Origin: an uncultured delta proteobacterium
GTDB lineage: Bacteria; Desulfobacterota; Binatia; UBA9968
Direction of reading: 5' to 3'
Assembly: GCA_963745035.1 (NCBI GenBank)
Contig: CAVUVW010000014.1
Location: forward strand, 160,001-224,000
Length of the DNA: 64,000 nucleotides
Translations under genes and position numbers: made by a program
Part shown: positions 23,026 to 32,781 of the stretch, one piece after another
How positions within the stretch are numbered: position 1 is the first letter of the stretch
How the letters are laid out: each line of letters starts with the position of its first letter
Notes under the pieces: model-generated
Told to the model about the DNA's origin: nothing
Databases searched by the model: none
What the model saw: the letters and a program-made list of their open reading frames with translations, nothing else

Positions 23026-24735
23026 TCAGTGCGTCTCGAATATCTCTTGATACTCTTTCAGCTTCGTCTTCGTCGCTGCCGTTTCCGCCGCTGTCGGATT
23101 GGCTGGGTCAACAGCGGGCGGCAGGCAGCCGAGTTTCATCAAACATGCCATCAGTAAGAGCCGCGCCTTGGTGGCGGTCAAGTTGCTGCCGGCGATCGCT
23201 AGTGGATCGCGGGTCGGATCAACAAATCCACCAGCATTGCCGCGCCCGACCTTGACGACCGGCATGCCGCTGAAGATCGCGCGCTTGAGCGCGGCGTCGA
23301 CCGAATTGCTCATGGCGCCGAACGGCGCCGATCCCTCGGCGATAAATCCCGCCAAGCGCGCGGATTCGAGATTTTTTTCGATCCGCGCCAGGATATCGAC
23401 TTCGCTCCGCGCGTCTCCCGAAGTATCTTCCGGCAAATAGCGCGCGTGCTTGACGATCGTCACATTTGGAATCGCGCCTGGCAGCAGATCCCCTCGATCA
23501 TCCCGAATAGCGACGGTGACCGTTCCGATCTTTGAACCTTGAGCTCTTGAACCTTGAACCGCGCTTGGGAGTTGGGTCAGATTCACCGCCGAATTATGGG
23601 TGTGCCGCTTGACCGGCTTGAAGGAAAACTGCGGCGCGCCGGGATGACCGATCCGGCCGATGATGCCGCCGTGGCCGCCGGTGGCGACATAGCCGCCGGG
23701 CCGCGCGTCGGCTTTCTGGACGTCGCGCGAGGTAAAAATCTGCTCGTCGAGAATCGCCACCGCTCCGATGCAGTCATTGCCGCTTTCATCGGCCCAGATC
23801 CGCGAAGTAATGTAATCGACGGAATCGACGATGTTGCGGTCACCGTCGTTGGCGATAGCGCCGTGCGGACGTTGGGAGGAATTGCCCGCAATCGGCAGGG
23901 TCGTGTCGATCAGCAGATTGAGCCAGTAGGTCGTCTCTTCAACGAAAGGACTTCCTTCGAGCCAGATTGCGCCCAAATACTTGCCGCTCGCCAGCGCGCG
24001 CTGCACTACGTTCGTTACCTGCGCCAGCGCCGCCATCGGCGGCTCTTTGCGCAAGTAACTCGGGCGGTACGGGAAAAAATCGACGCCGCGAGTCTCCGGC
24101 GCGATGTCGCCAGCGCCGATATCGGTGCGCTCGGCGGCGCTTCGTCCCTTTGCGTAGCCGCCCGACGGCAACGCGCGATAGAAGTCGAACTCGGCTTTCG
24201 CCGTCAGCAAACAGCCCACGCCCTGGTTGGAAATTCCCAGGCGATCGATTTCTTCGAAGAGTCTCGAGCCGTCGGGAAAAAACGACACGCGGCAGAGCTC
24301 ACTCGAAGCGTTCTTCTCCGTGCCGTCCATTTCCCACGCCTGGCCACCGGCCTGGCGCGCCATGTACGGCAGCGGGTAAAGACCGTCCTCGGGGCGCAGG
24401 AGCACTTCGTAGACCGGCTTATCGCCCGGACCGGTGCGCTCCTTATGAAACGCGCCGGCGGCGTCGAGATAACCGTCCGGCGGCGCGTACAGTTCGGCGA
24501 AATCGCGTTCGAGCGGGTGCGCGCTGAACTGCTCGATGTAGACTGTGACCGGCGCCGCCAGGCGCTGCGGGCGCAGAACGTCGAAGCGCATGGCCGAGCC
24601 GTCGGCATGGGTGCGCGGCGGCAAGCCGTGCTGCTCGCGCGCCTTGTTGCTCGTGACCAGCGGTTCGGTATTTTGAATGGTCGCGGTCGGTCCGGAAAAA
24701 ACCGCGATGCGGGGTTTGTCGTTTGTCGCTGCCAT
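23026..24735 (-). CDS. Divergent asparaginase/glutaminase-fold protein
   Basis: SGPTATIQN (GGTI-like), WLEGSPFVEETTYWL (HGTDT-like), SSQRPH, DGDRNI, C-terminal GSNLTATKARLLLM. Confidence 0.75.
   Translation of the reverse strand: MAATNDKPRIAVFSGPTATIQNTEPLVTSNKAREQHGLPPRTHADGSAMRFDVLRPQRLAAPVTVYIEQFSAHPLERDFAELYAPPDGYLDAAGAFHKERTGPGDKPVYEVLLRPEDGLYPLPYMARQAGGQAWEMDGTEKNASSELCRVSFFPDGSRLFEEIDRLGISNQGVGCLLTAKAEFDFYRALPSGGYAKGRSAAERTDIGAGDIAPETRGVDFFPYRPSYLRKEPPMAALAQVTNVVQRALASGKYLGAIWLEGSPFVEETTYWLNLLIDTTLPIAGNSSQRPHGAIANDGDRNIVDSVDYITSRIWADESGNDCIGAVAILDEQIFTSRDVQKADARPGGYVATGGHGGIIGRIGHPGAPQFSFKPVKRHTHNSAVNLTQLPSAVQGSRAQGSKIGTVTVAIRDDRGDLLPGAIPNVTIVKHARYLPEDTSGDARSEVDILARIEKNLESARLAGFIAEGSAPFGAMSNSVDAALKRAIFSGMPVVKVGRGNAGGFVDPTRDPLAIAGSNLTATKARLLLMACLMKLGCLPPAVDPANPTAAETAATKTKLKEYQEIFETH
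23532..23560. repeat. Tandem TTGAACC-type repeat inside the asparaginase-like CDS
   Basis: TTGAACC-TTGAGCTC-TTGAACC-TTGAACC; the minus strand encodes VQGSRAQGSK. Confidence 0.7.
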
Positions 24736-24760
24736 GGAATCTCTCGATCAATCAAAAGCG

Positions 24761-24789
24761 GTAGAGGCGGGTTTGGAACCCGCCCCTAC
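24761..24789. repeat. GTAG-type REP palindrome
   Basis: GTAGAGGCGGGTT-TGG-AACCCGCCCCTAC, intergenic. Confidence 0.75.
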
Positions 24790-24811
24790 GATCCTCCGCA
24801 TTTATCGTGAC

Positions 24812-25397
24812 CTATCTCAGTTCGTAAGGAAGCTGCTTCGGACCGTAACCCTGCCAGTATTTATTTGTCGATGCATCGTAACGCCCTTGCAGAAAACCGC
24901 CAGCTTTTTCCGCGCGCACGATGATCGCCACCGTGCGTTCGGTCGCCGCTTTCCTCGGCGTGGATTTCATAAGGCGGAACGAGGTCGATCTTGCCCGCCC
25001 CGACTTGCACGTTCACGGTCTTGCGGATCTCGGCGTAATCCGGCTTGGAGCCGTCATCCGTGCGCTCGTAGCGCTCGATGGTCTCGCTACCGTCGAGCAC
25101 GCCATAGAGCGTCCAGTTGTGCGCATGATCGTGGATTTGGGTACGAGTCTTCGGCGCTTTAATCAGTCCGTTGATGACGAACTTGTAGTCGGGATCTTCG
25201 TAGAAGAGCAGGTTCTCCGCACGCTCGCTCCCCTGGGAGCAGTCGGGCCAGCTCTTCGATTGTTCCTTGATCGAGGGATCGGCCAGCAATTCTTGCAATA
25301 AGGGCGGCATCTTCGCCCAGCGCTGTGCGGCATCGGCTTCAGCGGCAAAAAGAGCGCGTGTGGAATCGATAAACTTTTGCACGGCGGATTGAGCCAT
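24812..25397 (-). CDS. Cysteine/thiol dioxygenase-like cupin (frameshift near 24940)
   Basis: IHDHAHNWTLYGVLDGSETIERYER and EIHAE give a 3-His set. The C-terminus ...GRYD...GYGPKQLPYELR* is in a shifted frame. AAGGAGG RBS. Confidence 0.72.
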
Positions 25398-25644
25398 AAG
25401 GTCCTCCTTGCGGCAATCTTCTAAGATTGAACTAGATCATTATTATTCTCTCGGCGCGCCGGTCGTCAAGCACATGCGACAGTGGTTGCTAGCGCTGTTC
25501 GGTGTGAGTATGTCGGTCAGCTTGACATATCCGCCAACCCTGGACTAATGGTCCCCTAGCGAGCGCTTTCGCCATGAATTATTAGCCTCGGTTAGCGTAA
25601 CCTGACAGCAAATAGATACGACCGGTTATCAAGGAGATGGTCTC

Positions 25645-26688
25645 ATGAGAAGAACTATTTTTGCGATCATGTTCCTGTTCGGCTTCGCGGTCGTCGCCCG
25701 CGCCGCGCAGGAAAGTTCGCAGGATTTTTTCAAAGGCCAATCGATCCGGCTGCTGGTCGGCAACTCCGCCGGCGGAGCGATGGACGATTGGGCGCGGTTT
25801 GTCGCGCTCCATTTGGGAAAGCACATTCCGGGAAATCCCGATGTCGTGGTGCAGAATATGCCGGGTGCAGGCGGGATCACGGCGGCAAACTACCTTTTCA
25901 ATATCGCCAAGCCCGATGGATTGACCCTGGGAATCGTCAATCCAGCGCTCTATAGCGATCAGCTCATCGGATCCAAAGAAGTAAAATTTGATTGGCCGAA
26001 ATTCGCCTGGATCGGCTCCCCGGAAAGAATCGATCAGGTCTTGTTCATACGGACAGATTTTCCGTCCAAGAACTTGGAGGAGATGCGCACTGCCGCGGAG
26101 CCGGCGAGATGCGGGGCTACGGCGCGCGCGGGTTTGGCCTATTTCCTGCCTAAGCTTCTTGAGGAAGGGCTCGGGCTCAAGATCAACATGGTGCTGGGTT
26201 ACGGCGGCGGCGGCGAAATGAATTTGGCGATGGAGAAGGGAGAAATACATTGCCGCGCCGGCACTGTTTCGGCATATGTGGGCCGCGAACCGACGCGGAC
26301 CTGGATCAAGAAAGGATTTGTTCGGGCGCTGGTTCAAAGCGGAGCGAAGCGATTTCCGAAATTGCCCGATGTTCCGACTTTCTATGAGGTGATGGAAACG
26401 AACAAGACGCCCGATGCAACCAAGCGGCTGGCGCGCGTGCTGCTCTCCTCAGGCGACCTCGGCAGGCCCATCATCGGTCCCCCCGCGATGCCTGCAACCA
26501 GGGTGAAGATTCTGCGCGATGCCTTCACCAAGGCGATGAACGATCCGGCGCTGATCGCGGATGCACAGAAGCGGAAATGGGATCTCGACGCGACCGACGG
26601 CGCGGAGCTCGAAGCGACAGCGAAGGAAATCATGGTGCAGCCGCCCGAAGTAATCGAGCGCATGAAAAAGCTGCTGCTGGAAAAATAG
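25645..26688 (+). CDS. TctC/Bug tripartite tricarboxylate transporter binding protein
   Basis: Signal peptide, AGGAMD, HIPGNP, QNMPGAGG, KPDGLT, GYGGGGE, LPDVPT. Confidence 0.9.
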   Translation: MRRTIFAIMFLFGFAVVARAAQESSQDFFKGQSIRLLVGNSAGGAMDDWARFVALHLGKHIPGNPDVVVQNMPGAGGITAANYLFNIAKPDGLTLGIVNPALYSDQLIGSKEVKFDWPKFAWIGSPERIDQVLFIRTDFPSKNLEEMRTAAEPARCGATARAGLAYFLPKLLEEGLGLKINMVLGYGGGGEMNLAMEKGEIHCRAGTVSAYVGREPTRTWIKKGFVRALVQSGAKRFPKLPDVPTFYEVMETNKTPDATKRLARVLLSSGDLGRPIIGPPAMPATRVKILRDAFTKAMNDPALIADAQKRKWDLDATDGAELEATAKEIMVQPPEVIERMKKLLLEK

Positions 26689-26737
26689 CGCGCAAAAAAG
26701 AGTTCGATCGCACCCGCCACGTAGGGCTGCGATCGGC

Positions 26738-27988
26738 TCAGAGCTGTTCCTTGACGGGAAAAGCGAATAATTCCCACATTCGCTCGAAGATACTCCGGTC
26801 CTGCCAGTCCTCGTAGGTGATCCTCTTCGAATGCTTTAGATCTTCGCGAAAAATCTCTTCCAGGCGCCGCGTGAGGCCGCCGTCGTAGACCGTGAGATTC
26901 AGCTCCTGATTCAAGGCAAAAGATCGATTGTCGAAATTCGTGCTGCCGATGGTGCCCCAAATGCCGTCGATGACCATCGTTTTGGCGTGCATCAGCGCCG
27001 CCTGGTATTCGTAAATCTCCACCCCACCGAGCAGCAACTCTCCGTAATGGCTGCGGCTGGCAACGTAGGTAAGCCGGCTGTCGATTTTGCCGGGCGCCAG
27101 CACGACCACGCGCACGCCGCGCGCGACCGCTTTCAGGAGCGCCTCGGTCATGACCGCGTCCGGAATGAAATAGGGATTTGTGATCAGAATCGAATTTCGC
27201 GCCGAGTTGATCGACAGCAAAAAGAGCATGTAATTTTGAAAGCTGCCGCCGGCGGGCGAGCTGCTGACGATCTGGGCCGGCAGCTTGCCGAGCGATTCTA
27301 GGCGCGGAAAATAGCCCTCGCCGCCGATGGCGATGGCGGTGGTTTCGAGCCAACTCTCTGCAAAGGATGCTTGCAGAAATTTCACGGCCGGCCCCTCGAT
27401 GCGCGCGTTGGTTTCGCGCCAGTGTTTATCCGTGCGCCCGTCCCCTTGCCATGTGTCGGCTATGCCATATCCTCCGGTGAATCCCACCCGTCCATCGATC
27501 ACCAGAATGCGCCGATGGTTGCGGTAATTGTAGCGCAGCAATTTCCACGGGAACAGGATGGCCGGCGCTTCCACCCGGCGAAAAAATTCCACGTGACAGC
27601 CGGCATCTGTCATCATATCGATGATTTCTTTGGGCGTTTTGCCGGAGCCGTGGCTGTCGAGCAGAATATTCGCCTGGACCCCGGCGCGGCAGCGCTCGGC
27701 GAACGCCTCGGCGAACTGTCGCGCAAGCTCGCCGCCCTCAAAAAGGTACTGGGCGAAAGTGATCGTGGACTTGGCTGCCTTTATATCGCGCAGCATGATG
27801 GCGAATGTATCGCCGTTGAGTAAGACCTCGATGCGGTTCCCGCCAACGATCGGCGCGTCCGTGTGCGCCTCGATGGTTGGAAAAAAAGCCGCTTCACCCA
27901 GCGTGATCGGTGGGATTTGCTGAACGGAAATGACCTTGGCGCAACCGGCGAGAAAAAAGACGATGAATAACCAACTCAGTCTTTTCAT
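26738..27988 (-). CDS. Phospholipase D / cardiolipin synthase family lipoprotein
   Basis: Lipobox LAGC; NHRRILVIDG and MHAKTMVIDG motifs; GSTNFDNRSF. Confidence 0.88.
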   Translation of the reverse strand: MKRLSWLFIVFFLAGCAKVISVQQIPPITLGEAAFFPTIEAHTDAPIVGGNRIEVLLNGDTFAIMLRDIKAAKSTITFAQYLFEGGELARQFAEAFAERCRAGVQANILLDSHGSGKTPKEIIDMMTDAGCHVEFFRRVEAPAILFPWKLLRYNYRNHRRILVIDGRVGFTGGYGIADTWQGDGRTDKHWRETNARIEGPAVKFLQASFAESWLETTAIAIGGEGYFPRLESLGKLPAQIVSSSPAGGSFQNYMLFLLSINSARNSILITNPYFIPDAVMTEALLKAVARGVRVVVLAPGKIDSRLTYVASRSHYGELLLGGVEIYEYQAALMHAKTMVIDGIWGTIGSTNFDNRSFALNQELNLTVYDGGLTRRLEEIFREDLKHSKRITYEDWQDRSIFERMWELFAFPVKEQL

Positions 27989-28337
27989 GATCTAGGATGT
28001 CGGAAAGAACAAATCACCAGGGCAAATGATCATGTCTTTCATGCTGAAAGAAATGGGAACGCGGTGGATTTTATGTAGCCGGGATATTGTCTCTTCATAG
28101 GCTGGATATTGAAAGTGTCACGATACAAGTGGAAGCAACTGACCTATCGACTACCGTCCTTTCCGACGGGGCTGAACTGGAGGCGAAACCCGTCGAGTGC
28201 AACTAAAGGCTAGCACTATTCCAGGGTGGAACAAGATGTTTTCGGAAGAGCCATCGTTACCCGTTGATAAAATTTCCTTTTTTTGGGCAAGTGTGGGAAA
28301 AACAAGACTGTTCCAGACGAGGTCAGCTGTCACCAAT

Positions 28338-29321
28338 ATGCCCACGCAGAAGATACTCTTGACGCGATCCCTTCTAATAATTCTCATACCCGTATTCTCG
28401 GTGTTTGTTGATCTAGGCAATAGTCCGGCGCAAGGCAAGAAATTGACGGTCGGCTATTCCACCGTCGGACCGGCGGGAACCGGGCTCTGGATGGCCAAGG
28501 AGACCGGCGCCTTCGAAAAGTACGGCATCGGCGCCGATCTCATTTTCATCTCATCCGGTCCCGTCGTCGTGCAGGCGCTCCTCGGCGGCGATCTGCAAGC
28601 CGGGTTGGCGGCAACCAACTCGGTGATTGCTGCCATCACCGGCGGCGCCTCGCTCGTTTCGGTAATGAGCCTGGTGAACCGTCCCTATTACCGTTTGTGG
28701 GTGCAGCCGGAGATCACGCGCATCGAGGATTTAGCCGGTAAGACCTTAGGCGTTTCCCGCTTCGGATCGGTCACGGACAATCTTACGCGCATGCTTCTGC
28801 GCAGGTACAGGCTCGAGAACGCGGTTACCGTGCGCCAGCTCGGCGGCACGACCGAGATGGCGGCCGCTTTTCAGCGCCGGCAAATCGCGGGTGCGGTGAT
28901 CTCGGCGCTGCGGGTCAATGCGCCGATGCGCATGCTGGTCGATTTGAACGATCTGGATATCCGCTATTCGAATGTCGTCATCGTGTTGTCGCGCGAATAT
29001 CATCGGCGTGCGCCGGACACGGTCGAAGCGATGGTGCGCGGTTATCTGGAAGGCGTGGCGGCGGCGTACCATCAAAAGGACCGAGCGCTCAAGGTCATTC
29101 AGAAATACACCCGGCTCAAAGAGCCCAAGCTGATCGAGGAACTTTACGCCGATGCCGTCAGGTTTCTCGACCGAGCACCGCGCGTGGAAGCCGAGGCCAT
29201 TGCGCCGATCGTTGAGTTCATGGAAAAAAAGCCGATCGCTGTGGAGACGATTGCAGATAACTCCATAATCGACCGGCTCGTGCGGGAGGGTTTCGTCGAG
29301 CGGCTTTACGCCAAGCGCTGA
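28338..29321 (+). CDS. SsuA/NMT1-type ABC substrate-binding protein
   Basis: LWMAKETGAFEKYG, ALLGGD, DLAGKTLGVSRFGS, DNSII. Confidence 0.85.
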   Translation: MPTQKILLTRSLLIILIPVFSVFVDLGNSPAQGKKLTVGYSTVGPAGTGLWMAKETGAFEKYGIGADLIFISSGPVVVQALLGGDLQAGLAATNSVIAAITGGASLVSVMSLVNRPYYRLWVQPEITRIEDLAGKTLGVSRFGSVTDNLTRMLLRRYRLENAVTVRQLGGTTEMAAAFQRRQIAGAVISALRVNAPMRMLVDLNDLDIRYSNVVIVLSREYHRRAPDTVEAMVRGYLEGVAAAYHQKDRALKVIQKYTRLKEPKLIEELYADAVRFLDRAPRVEAEAIAPIVEFMEKKPIAVETIADNSIIDRLVREGFVERLYAKR

Positions 29322-29371
29322 TGTTGAACTTCAGCGAAATGGCGAATTACGAAAAAGCAAAGGAGATTGGA

Positions 29372-30406
29372 ATGATTTATACATCAAAGCAGTGGGTGGC
29401 TGCGGCCGCGACAGTCGCCATACTCCTCGGTTTCGCCCTCAGCGCGCCCGCCCAAGACATCTACAAAGACAAAACGCTTACGTTTATCGTCGGCTATTCT
29501 CCTGGCGGCACCTACGATCAGTATACGCGGATGATCGCCCGCAACATAAGTAAATATCTCCCCGGAAATCCCAGCCGCATCGTCGAGAACATGCCCGGCG
29601 CCGGGGGTATCATCACGGCCAACCATCTCTACAATCGCGTGAAACCGGACGGCTTAACCATCGCCGCCTGGGCGTCTCCGCTGATCTTGCAGCACGTCAT
29701 GGGCAACGACGCGATCAAGATCGACGGCAGAAAAGTCGGGTGGGTCGGCATCCCCGGACCGTACGACACCGCCTGCCACTTCAACGCGCAGAGTGGCATC
29801 AAGACCGTCGATGATTGGTTTGCCGCCAAGCGGCCGATGAAGATCGGCTCCATCGGTCCCGGCACGAGTCTCTCCGACGTGCCGAAGCTGCTCAAAGCGG
29901 CGCTCAACCTGCCGCTCGAAATGGTCGAAGGCTACAAAGGGGGCGCCGAGGCGCGCCTCGCCGTCGAAAGCGGCGAGGTCGATGGACTCTGCGCATCATG
30001 GCAGGCGACAAAGGTGACCTGGCGCAGCCAGATGGACGCGGGGAAAATCCGCGTGGTGCTGCAGGCGACTCTCAAGTCGCATCCGGATTTAAAACAGGTG
30101 CCGCTGGCGTTCAAGTACGCCAAAACTGAAGAAGCACGCACTTTGCTGCGCGTCGCCGACAACGTGCATGTTTACCAGTTTCCCTATTCTGTTCCTCCCG
30201 GCACGGCGCCGGACCGTCTGAAAACGCTTCAAGACGCATTCGTCAAAACCTTACGTGACCGAGATCTCTTGGCGGAAGCCAAGAAAGCCGATTTGGAAGT
30301 CGCGCCCATCGACGGCGTGACAACGGCGAAAACCTTTGCGGGTTTGTACGAGCTTAGCCCGACGCTCATCGCGCAGCTGAAAGAGATTCTGATTCCGAAG
30401 CGATAG
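29372..30406 (+). CDS. TctC/Bug-family binding protein
   Basis: AGGAG RBS; GYSPGGTYD, ENMPGAGG, KPDGLT, GYKGG. Confidence 0.9.
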   Translation: MIYTSKQWVAAAATVAILLGFALSAPAQDIYKDKTLTFIVGYSPGGTYDQYTRMIARNISKYLPGNPSRIVENMPGAGGIITANHLYNRVKPDGLTIAAWASPLILQHVMGNDAIKIDGRKVGWVGIPGPYDTACHFNAQSGIKTVDDWFAAKRPMKIGSIGPGTSLSDVPKLLKAALNLPLEMVEGYKGGAEARLAVESGEVDGLCASWQATKVTWRSQMDAGKIRVVLQATLKSHPDLKQVPLAFKYAKTEEARTLLRVADNVHVYQFPYSVPPGTAPDRLKTLQDAFVKTLRDRDLLAEAKKADLEVAPIDGVTTAKTFAGLYELSPTLIAQLKEILIPKR

Positions 30407-30411
30407 AGGGG

Positions 30412-30447
30412 CGTTGAACCGGTTCAAATCGTTCAAGACGCCGGATC
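30412..30447. repeat. Short GTTCAA-family repeat remnant
   Basis: CGTTGAACCGGTTCAAATCGTTCAA...TGAACG, intergenic. Confidence 0.5.
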
Positions 30448-30472
30448 AAATGAACGCTGGAGAGTCTTTAAG

Positions 30473-31363
30473 GTGAAAAAAGTGGTGGTTACGGGAGGCA
30501 GCGGCAGGTTGGGGCAATTCGTGATTCGCGATCTGCTCGCTCACAAGTATCAAGTCCTCAGTCTCGACCGCGTCGCGCCGCGCGAAAAACTGTGCGCGAG
30601 TTGGCTGGTCGATTTGCGCCACTCGGGCGATCTCTTCGAGGCGCTGAGAAATGCCTACGGCGTCATTCATCTCGGCGCTTATCAGGCGCCCAATCTTGCC
30701 CCGGACGCGGAAACCCTGAGCAACAACGTGTCGGTGACCTACAACGTGCTGCGCGCCGCGGCCGATTCCAAGGTCAAAAAAGTCGTGCTGGCATCGAGCA
30801 CGGCGGCCTTCGGGTTTATCTACGCGACCAAGCTCTGGGCGCCGGAGTACCTGCCGCTTGACGAAGATCACCCGTCGCTGCCGCAGGATTCCTACGGCCT
30901 CTCGAAAGTTCTCGGCGAGCGCATCGCCGATTCGATCGTTTCGCTCAGCCCCGCGATGACCATCAGCAGCCTGCGCTTTCCCGGGGTCAATTTCGATTTG
31001 AGCTATGAAAGCTTCCGCGAGCGCTGGCGCAACCCGGCTTCGCGCGCCAGCGGGTTTTGGACTTATATCGACGCGCGCGACGCGGCGACGACCTGCCGCC
31101 TGGCGCTGGAAGCCAAGTTCAGGGGCCATGAAGTGTTCATCGCCTCGGCGCCCAAAAACTGCATGATTCAACCGAGCCTGGAGCTGGTCAAAAAATACCT
31201 TCCCAAGGGAGCGCGGATCAAGAACGTCGCCGGTACTCATTGGAGCTGCGTCGATTCGAGCAAAGCCCGGCGCATGCTCGGCTTCCAACCGCGGCATATT
31301 TGGCAGGATTATCTGCCGGAAGGAAAAGCACAGCGCCGGCGATTAAAACCGATCTCGAAGTAA
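30473..31363 (+). CDS. NAD-dependent epimerase/dehydratase family
   Basis: VTGGSGRLG, ASST, YGLSK (YxxxK), YIDARD. Confidence 0.9.
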   Translation: MKKVVVTGGSGRLGQFVIRDLLAHKYQVLSLDRVAPREKLCASWLVDLRHSGDLFEALRNAYGVIHLGAYQAPNLAPDAETLSNNVSVTYNVLRAAADSKVKKVVLASSTAAFGFIYATKLWAPEYLPLDEDHPSLPQDSYGLSKVLGERIADSIVSLSPAMTISSLRFPGVNFDLSYESFRERWRNPASRASGFWTYIDARDAATTCRLALEAKFRGHEVFIASAPKNCMIQPSLELVKKYLPKGARIKNVAGTHWSCVDSSKARRMLGFQPRHIWQDYLPEGKAQRRRLKPISK

Positions 31364-31485
31364 TCTGGATCGGCCCGCTTGACGCCCATGCGGCGCTTCA
31401 ACTAGCGTGGGGCGGGTTCGCGGTCGCCGGAAACGTTGCCGGCGCGTAGACGATTAGAACCTCAAACTCGAATAAGGAGCTGCCC

Positions 31486-32556
31486 ATGCTTCTCGTTGGT
31501 TCGCGCGCGGTTTTTCTCGCCGCGTTCTTGAACTTACTCTGCTCCGCTGATCTCGCGGCGCAGCAGCCGGCGAAGGCTTCCTTCGATGAAAAAGCCGTCG
31601 GCGATTTTTATCGCGGCAAGACGATCAGAGTCATCATCGGTTCGGGAGCGGGCGGCACGTACGATATCTACTCCCGACTGATGGCGAAACATATGCCGCG
31701 GTTTGTCCCCGGCAACCCGACCTTGCTGGTCGTGCCACGGCCCGGCGCGGGCGGCCTGATCGCAGCCAACGCGGTTTACAATTCCGAGCCCAAGGACGGC
31801 ACGGTGATCGGCTCGTTCGGTGAGACCTTCGTGTTGCGCCAGGCAATGGGCGCGCCCGGTATCCAATTCGACTCCGCGAAATTTCAATGGCTCGGCGCTG
31901 CCATCAACGCGCCGCTCGCCTGCGTCGCCCGTACCGACTCCGCCATTTCTACGTTTCAGGACGCGATAGACGGCAAGCCCTTCACCGTCGGCACCATGGC
32001 GCCGGGCAGCACGATCTACGACACGCCGGCGGTGCTCAATGCGGCTTTCAACATTCAGATGAAACTCGTGCGCGGATTTGAAGGCGTGGCGACCATCGTC
32101 AACGCCACGGAGAGCAAAGAGGTGGAGGGCTACTGCGCGAGCTGGCTCGCCATGCTGACCACGGGACGGCACCTGCAGCTTATCGACGGCGGCGTCATCA
32201 AGCCGATTCTCATCATGGGCGACAAGACGCCGGATCATCCTCTCCTCAAGCGTGTGCCGGCGGCCGAAAGCTTGGCCAAGAACGAGGAAGGCAAACAGCT
32301 CTTGCGGGCAATGCACGCGCCATCGCAGATCACCAATCCCTACGTCGTCCATCCCGAAGTGGCGAAGGATCGGGTCGAGGCTCTTCGCAGGGCCTTCTGG
32401 GCGACGTTCAACGATGCGGAATTTCTGAGCGACGCCAAAAAGACCAAAATCGAGTTTACGCCGAGCAACGGCGAAAGAACCACGCAAGTGGTCCAATCCA
32501 TTCTGAACACTCCCGCGGCGGTGCTGGCAAGAATGAAGAAGGTGCTCGTCGAGTAG
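31486..32556 (+). CDS. TctC/Bug-family binding protein
   Basis: AAGGAG RBS; GAGGTYD, PGAGG, PKDGT. Confidence 0.88.
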   Translation: MLLVGSRAVFLAAFLNLLCSADLAAQQPAKASFDEKAVGDFYRGKTIRVIIGSGAGGTYDIYSRLMAKHMPRFVPGNPTLLVVPRPGAGGLIAANAVYNSEPKDGTVIGSFGETFVLRQAMGAPGIQFDSAKFQWLGAAINAPLACVARTDSAISTFQDAIDGKPFTVGTMAPGSTIYDTPAVLNAAFNIQMKLVRGFEGVATIVNATESKEVEGYCASWLAMLTTGRHLQLIDGGVIKPILIMGDKTPDHPLLKRVPAAESLAKNEEGKQLLRAMHAPSQITNPYVVHPEVAKDRVEALRRAFWATFNDAEFLSDAKKTKIEFTPSNGERTTQVVQSILNTPAAVLARMKKVLVE

Positions 32557-32583
32557 ACGTTGGAAACTGAAAGGAGCAAAGAG

Positions 32584-32693
32584 TGGTTCGACCGTTCGAG
32601 GAGCCTCACGGCAGGCTTCCCCGACGGCCTTCAGTTCCGAATCCGTCGAGGAATCAGCATGAGCGGAGAATGCTGTTAACCGTTCGTCCTGAG
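32584..32693. repeat. REP-like hairpin, left part, interrupted by IS110 copy 1 (continues at 34118-34130)
   Basis: TGGTTCGAC...TCAGCATGAGCGG...CCGTTCGTCCTGAG | IS | CTAGTCGAAGGAC. Confidence 0.75.
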
Positions 32694-32781
32694 ACTTGTA
32701 TGATGGATGTCGGCTCTGAACCGGGAGTGCTCTGCTACAATGCCCGAAACGCGAAAGGCATTGTGCAAGGAGGCACTCAGC

